The notes beneath the pieces were generated by a model, which saw only the letters and a list, made by a program, of their open reading frames with translations, was not told where the DNA came from and made no database searches. A program made the position numbers and the translations under genes. Below, in pieces: positions 57,731 through 64,000 of a DNA stretch of 64,000 nucleotides (positions within the stretch are counted from its first letter, which is position 1; every line of letters starts with the position of its first letter). Source of the stretch: the human T2T-CHM13v2.0 reference genome, Homo sapiens; NCBI RefSeq assembly GCF_009914755.1, contig NC_060925.1. One strand, written 5' to 3'.

Positions 57731-59954
57731 TTAGTCCAGTGTTCTCTCTCCCTTACCACTCCTCTTCCCCTTCCCTCTATAATGGCAGTACCCAGGGCCC
57801 GGTCCATAGACTACTATCGAGTGCTCCTATGTGCATCTTAGTACGTATCATTTTCCCTTGCCTTTTTCCTTCTATCCTTTCAGTGGTAGCAACTGCCCTT
57901 GCTAATCACCGTAACCTCGGCTGAGAAAGAAGAGGAAGCGAAATCCAAGATGCAGCTCAGTTCATCAAAGCCTAGCAGGTCCCCTCAGCTGCCTTTTCAT
58001 GCCTGCCACAGACTACAGTAGGACAAAACCTGACCTGGTCTTTGAAGTTAAGAGCTAAGAAAGCTTCCTATAGTAGTATCTCCCATGGCACTTACCACAT
58101 TCTATCTGGTATTACAATTATTTGTATGCAATTAATCACTCTTAGATTGTATGTTCCTGGAGGGCAGAATATGCCCATTCATATTTGTATCTTCTTCCTT
58201 CTGCTCTTGGCACCTAACACAGTGCCTTGCACACAAACAATAAATGATTGTTGAGTGAATAAGTAAACCTGATTGTGGTGTTCTATTGCTTTTTCAGCAA
58301 GAAGTCAAACTGATGGCCTTTAAGTCAGAGAAGCAGCAATGGAGCAACATAATCAAAGTTGACCATCTTTGTTTTCAAGACAGTCACATTATGAAATATT
58401 CTGACATGCTAGGCTAGGAAATGGCTATAACTGGTTCACTTGAGACTGGAGAAATCAGCTTTGCTAACAGGTAATACTTTGTCAAGTAGTGAGAAATATT
58501 ATATACTAGGTATAATTAGTTGTCCCCAAAATCTAAATAAACTTGTTCTAATATATGGAAAAGGGCAGCAAGATAGAGAAGGTAAGTTTGAAATTCTACA
58601 ATATCTGGATCTTTGTCACCTGAGTTTATGTACTTTAAACCAAATATACTATTTTACTATGTAGTATAGCAAAGATTGAAATATTCTTGGTAAATGAAGC
58701 CTTTTGGATCTAAGCCATATTTTTCAGGAATTTTTGAAAAGGTAACTTTTTTTTGCTTCAGTTAAATACAGTCTAATGACTGAAGGTCATTCAAAGCTTT
58801 CGGGTTATCATTCTTCACTACAGTAATCACAATAATGGTCTGGACATGCTGAAGGGACTGTTCACTGAGCTAACTTGGTTCTGAGCTCAGGTGCTCTTTA
58901 ATAAGTTCTTGGGTAAAGGCTGCTTTTATTTTTAATTGCTTCCCTCTGAAGCTGGGTGGAGAAGAGTGAGTGGGTGGGTGGTCGGAATCAGCAGGCTGAG
59001 AGAGAACTCAGTGGTTTGCCTGTGGCTTCCTCTGCTGTATATTTGGTTTGCTACATCCGTTATGGAGCAATCTTGGTTTCATCTATATCAGTTCCCATTA
59101 AACGTTAGCACCTAGTTAGAATGTGAGTTAGTTGAACATACACTTTAATTCCTGTTTTCTAGATCTTATTTCACAGGTTGGATGCAAACTGGGTGAGAAT
59201 TGAACCTCTCGTGTTGCTTAATTAAAAGTAACACATTTGACTGCCACTGGTATCTATCAGAAAGAGACCTGTGGAGCAGGTTGAATCCTCTGGGGTAGCT
59301 TTATATAAATTTGCCAACTTTCTGGGACAGAGTAATAGGATTTACCCGTGTTAGTTGGTAATTTTCTATTTTACCAGGTACAATAATCAACTTACGGTCA
59401 TACTTGCTGATTCAAACAGCAGAGAAAAAAAATAAACTTACAGTCATTCTTCTTTTATCCATTACCTACCACCTTCTTTGCCCTCCACTGCCCTCCATTT
59501 TGAAGCAAATCCCAGACCTTGTTACATCTGTCATATTTTAGTATGTTTCTCTGTAAGATAAGGGTTCTTAAAACACATGCGACTAGAGGAGCAGTGTCAC
59601 ACAAACTGGCAATTCCTTAGAATTAAGTATCTAGGCCAGGCACAGTGGCTCATGCCTGTAATCCCAGCACTTTGGAAAGACAAGGTGGGAGGATCACTTG
59701 AGGCCAGGAGGTCGAGACACCCCTAGGCAAAATAGTGAGACCCCATCTCTTAAAAAAAAATTAGCCGATATAGGCACCTATATAGTCCTAGCTACTTGGG
59801 AGGCTGACGTGGAGGGATGGCTTGAGCCCAGGAGTTCAAGGTTACAGAGAGCTATGATCACATCTCTGTACTCTAGCCTGGGTAACAGAGCAAGACCCTG
59901 TCTCTTGAAAAAAGATTAAAATTTGTTGTGGAGGTTTCCCTCTACAAAACTTGA

Positions 59955-60044
<90 letters not shown>

Positions 60045-60173
60045 TGAGGGCAGGGGTTCAAGACCACCCTGGCCAACATGGTGAAACTTCATCTCTACTA
60101 AAAATACAAAAATGGGGCACGGTGGCTCACGCCTGTAATCCCAGCACTTTGGGAGGCCGAGGCGGGTGGATCA

Positions 60174-60593
<420 letters not shown>

Positions 60594-60980
60594 TCAATAT
60601 GAAGGAGTCTCCTGAATTTCAAGTGTCATTTCCTTCTGTCAGTTAAGGAGTTCACTAGAATCAAAGTGGGGCCTTAAACTTTTCATCTATCTTTGACAAG
60701 TTTTAACAGTCAATTTTTCCAAGGTAAGTGGCCATCTATAGACACCAAAGAAATATTATATGGTGTAGTGACTAAAAACATGAGCTCAGAGGCACCTAGG
60801 TTTGAGTCCCAGCTCCTTCATACATATACCTTTTAAAGCCTATTTCCCTCATTTGTAAAATGAGAATTAGCATATCTGCCCCACAAAGCTACTTTGATAT
60901 TTAAATGAGAATATATATGAATGGCTCACACTCATAGTGATTGGCCTACAGTAAGCACCCAAATGAATACTTGTTGCTCA

Positions 60981-61322
<342 letters not shown>

Positions 61323-63351
61323 TCACACACACACACAAATTCCAGATCTCCCTTTTGATTTGAGATCTGAAAGGTGCCTCAGAAATCTGAAACTTAGAAA
61401 AGCCCCCAACTGACTCACATGCATTTGGATTTAGAGGTTAAAATTGCAGGCTTTGGAATAACAGGTTATATCTTCAAGCTTATCACCTGGAAAATAGTGG
61501 GCAGTAATACTTGTTTACAGTAGACAGTTAAATAATGTATGTGAAATGCTTAGCTTAGTGCCTGGCATCTAACAGGCACTCCAATTGTCTACTTTTACTA
61601 AGAGGAAGAACAGAAAGAAAAAGGAAAACCAATTTAGTTGTTTAGTTTGTGTACAAGTTAACAGAAACTTACTGAAAAGGTCTTTTCATGCAAATCCATT
61701 AATGGGACAAAAAAGCCCACTTAAACATACTTACCTGTGAAAGGTTCAGGCATGTTCATCTACAGTTAATTTTCTTTTACAGAATATAGCATATAGATCC
61801 AAAATGTATTTTGTTTCCTATCAGAAGTGCATCTGCCTGTTCTTTAAAAAAGATTTTTAAAAAGTTTTGTTGATGTTAATAAAATCAGGGATCCCTTTTC
61901 TGAATGCTTAGGACACAAACTGATATTCTTCAGCTATGGGGGATGAGGGAAAATTATTCAACATTTGGAAACTACCTGGAATACAATTTCCAATCCAATG
62001 TGTAGCTCTATTTCTTATATTCAAAACAGTAGGGAAAAAAGCCACACAGGCATTTTCTTATGTTTTTAAAAATAAGCTAAAGTTGCAGTGAAATCAGTTT
62101 TATTCCAGATCTGTTCTATCACCATGGCTAATTGTCTTAAATGTCTTTCCTGAGCGTATGAAAGAATTCTAAAGTCTTAATCATATAGGAAGGACGAATG
62201 TACATAAAGTTGCGCCAACTTTAATATCATGACCAAGGAAGCCACTACTCCTTACATCAGAAAGGGAAGTTAAAACTTGTCTCATCTGAGAACAAGAAAC
62301 AAAACACAACAAAATAAACTTGATTGAAAATTTGCTATTTGTCCTTTTGATTCCCACATTAGCTATAATTACATGCTGATTTAATAACTTTAAGTACATG
62401 ACTAGAATGTTTCATATATAGCAAGCTCATTTAAGTAGGCTAATCAAGTTTGAGGGAGAAGAGCCTACTGCCACAAAACCAACAACAAAGATGCTTGAAC
62501 GATGTGATATGATGAGGGGAATACTTCTGTTTGTTGAATCTTAAGTTTTAGATTTTTTTGGAAAAGAGAAGTCATTAAATGATGTAATAAAATACCAGTT
62601 TTTCTTTTGCTTAAGTGGAAGAGAATTAGATTGTATTTTATTATTATTTTTGAGATGGAGTCTTGCACTGTCGCTCAGGCTGGAGTGCAATGGCGCGAGC
62701 TTGGCTCACTGCAACCTCCGCCTTCCAGGTCCAAGCGATTCTCTTGCCTCAGCCTCTTGAGTAGCTGAGACTACAGGCGCCGGCCACCACGCCCAGCTCA
62801 TTTTTGTATTTTTAATGGAGACGGGGTTTTGCCATGTTGGTCAGGCTGGTCTTGAACTCCTGACCTCAGGTGATCTGTCTGCCTCAGCCTCCCAAAGTGT
62901 TGGGATTACAGGCGTGAGCCACTGTGCCCGGCCAGATTGTATTTAAAAAAAAAATCTGTACTCTTAGATTTGTTAAGACTGAGAAAATTTCTATACCTGG
63001 TCCTGGGAATTGGCATGGAACTCTAAATGTAGATGAATAAACTGACTAAATTAGCTAAATCTGCTGTTAAGGTATAGCTGTATTTAAAGAAAACAAGTAG
63101 AAAAACTTCTTCCTTCTCTTTCCTGTTAATCAGAGGAAGCTGCAAACCATGATTTTCTAAGCCGTGAGCTATGGAAGCAATACCTCTCACAGCTACACTC
63201 ACCATTAGTCGGCTGCCAAATACTTATTTTTCACATTTGAACTTTATTTTTGAACAAAATAGGGCATGCAATTCCTTTGAAATGCAAATACTCCTAAAAT
63301 TTTTCTAAGTTTATCCATGAATGCACAGTGGCCCTTAAAAAGACGATCCCA

Positions 63352-63696
<345 letters not shown>

Positions 63697-63972
63697 TCAC
63701 AAACTCTAGGTACATATATGGAAGGCAAATTCAGCAAATCATAGCCAGGCATGATGGTTTGTGTCTGTTATTTCAGCACTTTTGAGAGGCTGAGTCAGGA
63801 GGATATTTTGAGCCCAGCAGTTCAAGTCCAGTCTGGGCAACACAGTGAGACTCTCTCTAAAATACATAAAAAATCAGCAAATGTTTTAGGCAAAAAGAGT
63901 ACTACTTAAACATTCAGATTAATGGATATTAGGAGATGTAACACACCAAGAATTATTTAGGTATTCATTCTG

Positions 63973-63978
63973 TTTATT
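63973..63978 (-). terminator. WDR26: Candidate poly(A) signal of the convergent downstream gene (probably WDR26)
   Basis: TTTATT (AATAAA on the minus strand) at the right edge. Gene identity rests only on recalled gene order NVL-CNIH4-WDR26; no WDR26 coding sequence is in the window. Confidence 0.4.
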
Positions 63979-64000
63979 GGATTGAAAGAAAGGGAATACA

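Overview
Eukaryotic, Alu-dense great-ape DNA, almost certainly human. It is recognised from memory as the NVL-CNIH4-(WDR26) neighbourhood on 1q42. The window contains: (i) coding exons 1-2 and the CpG-island promoter of NVL (nucleolar VCP-like AAA ATPase, minus strand; the gene runs off the left edge); (ii) a ~27 kb divergent intergenic region packed with transposons, including a solo HERV-K LTR5_Hs with a 6-bp TSD, an SVA, a solo LTR12C with a 4-bp TSD, nested ERV1 LTRs, Tigger/MER elements and many Alus; (iii) the complete 5-exon CNIH4 gene (plus strand, 420-nt CDS, 139 aa), whose intron 1 carries U12 minor-spliceosome signals; (iv) possibly the poly(A) signal of WDR26 at the right edge. Nearly all ORFs in the supplied track are Alu, SVA, LTR or CpG-island artefacts. 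I found no evidence of a new protein-coding system. The least explained structures are a perfect 7 x 49-bp hairpin-forming tandem array in the extended CNIH4 3' UTR, a ~340-bp ~96%-identical direct duplication bracketing the in-frame CNIH4 exon 4, tandem U12 5'ss-like motifs at the exon 4 acceptor, and an inverted LTR5_Hs/SVA homology pair between convergent LTR promoters. Repeat subfamily names come from recalled consensus sequences, not from a database run.
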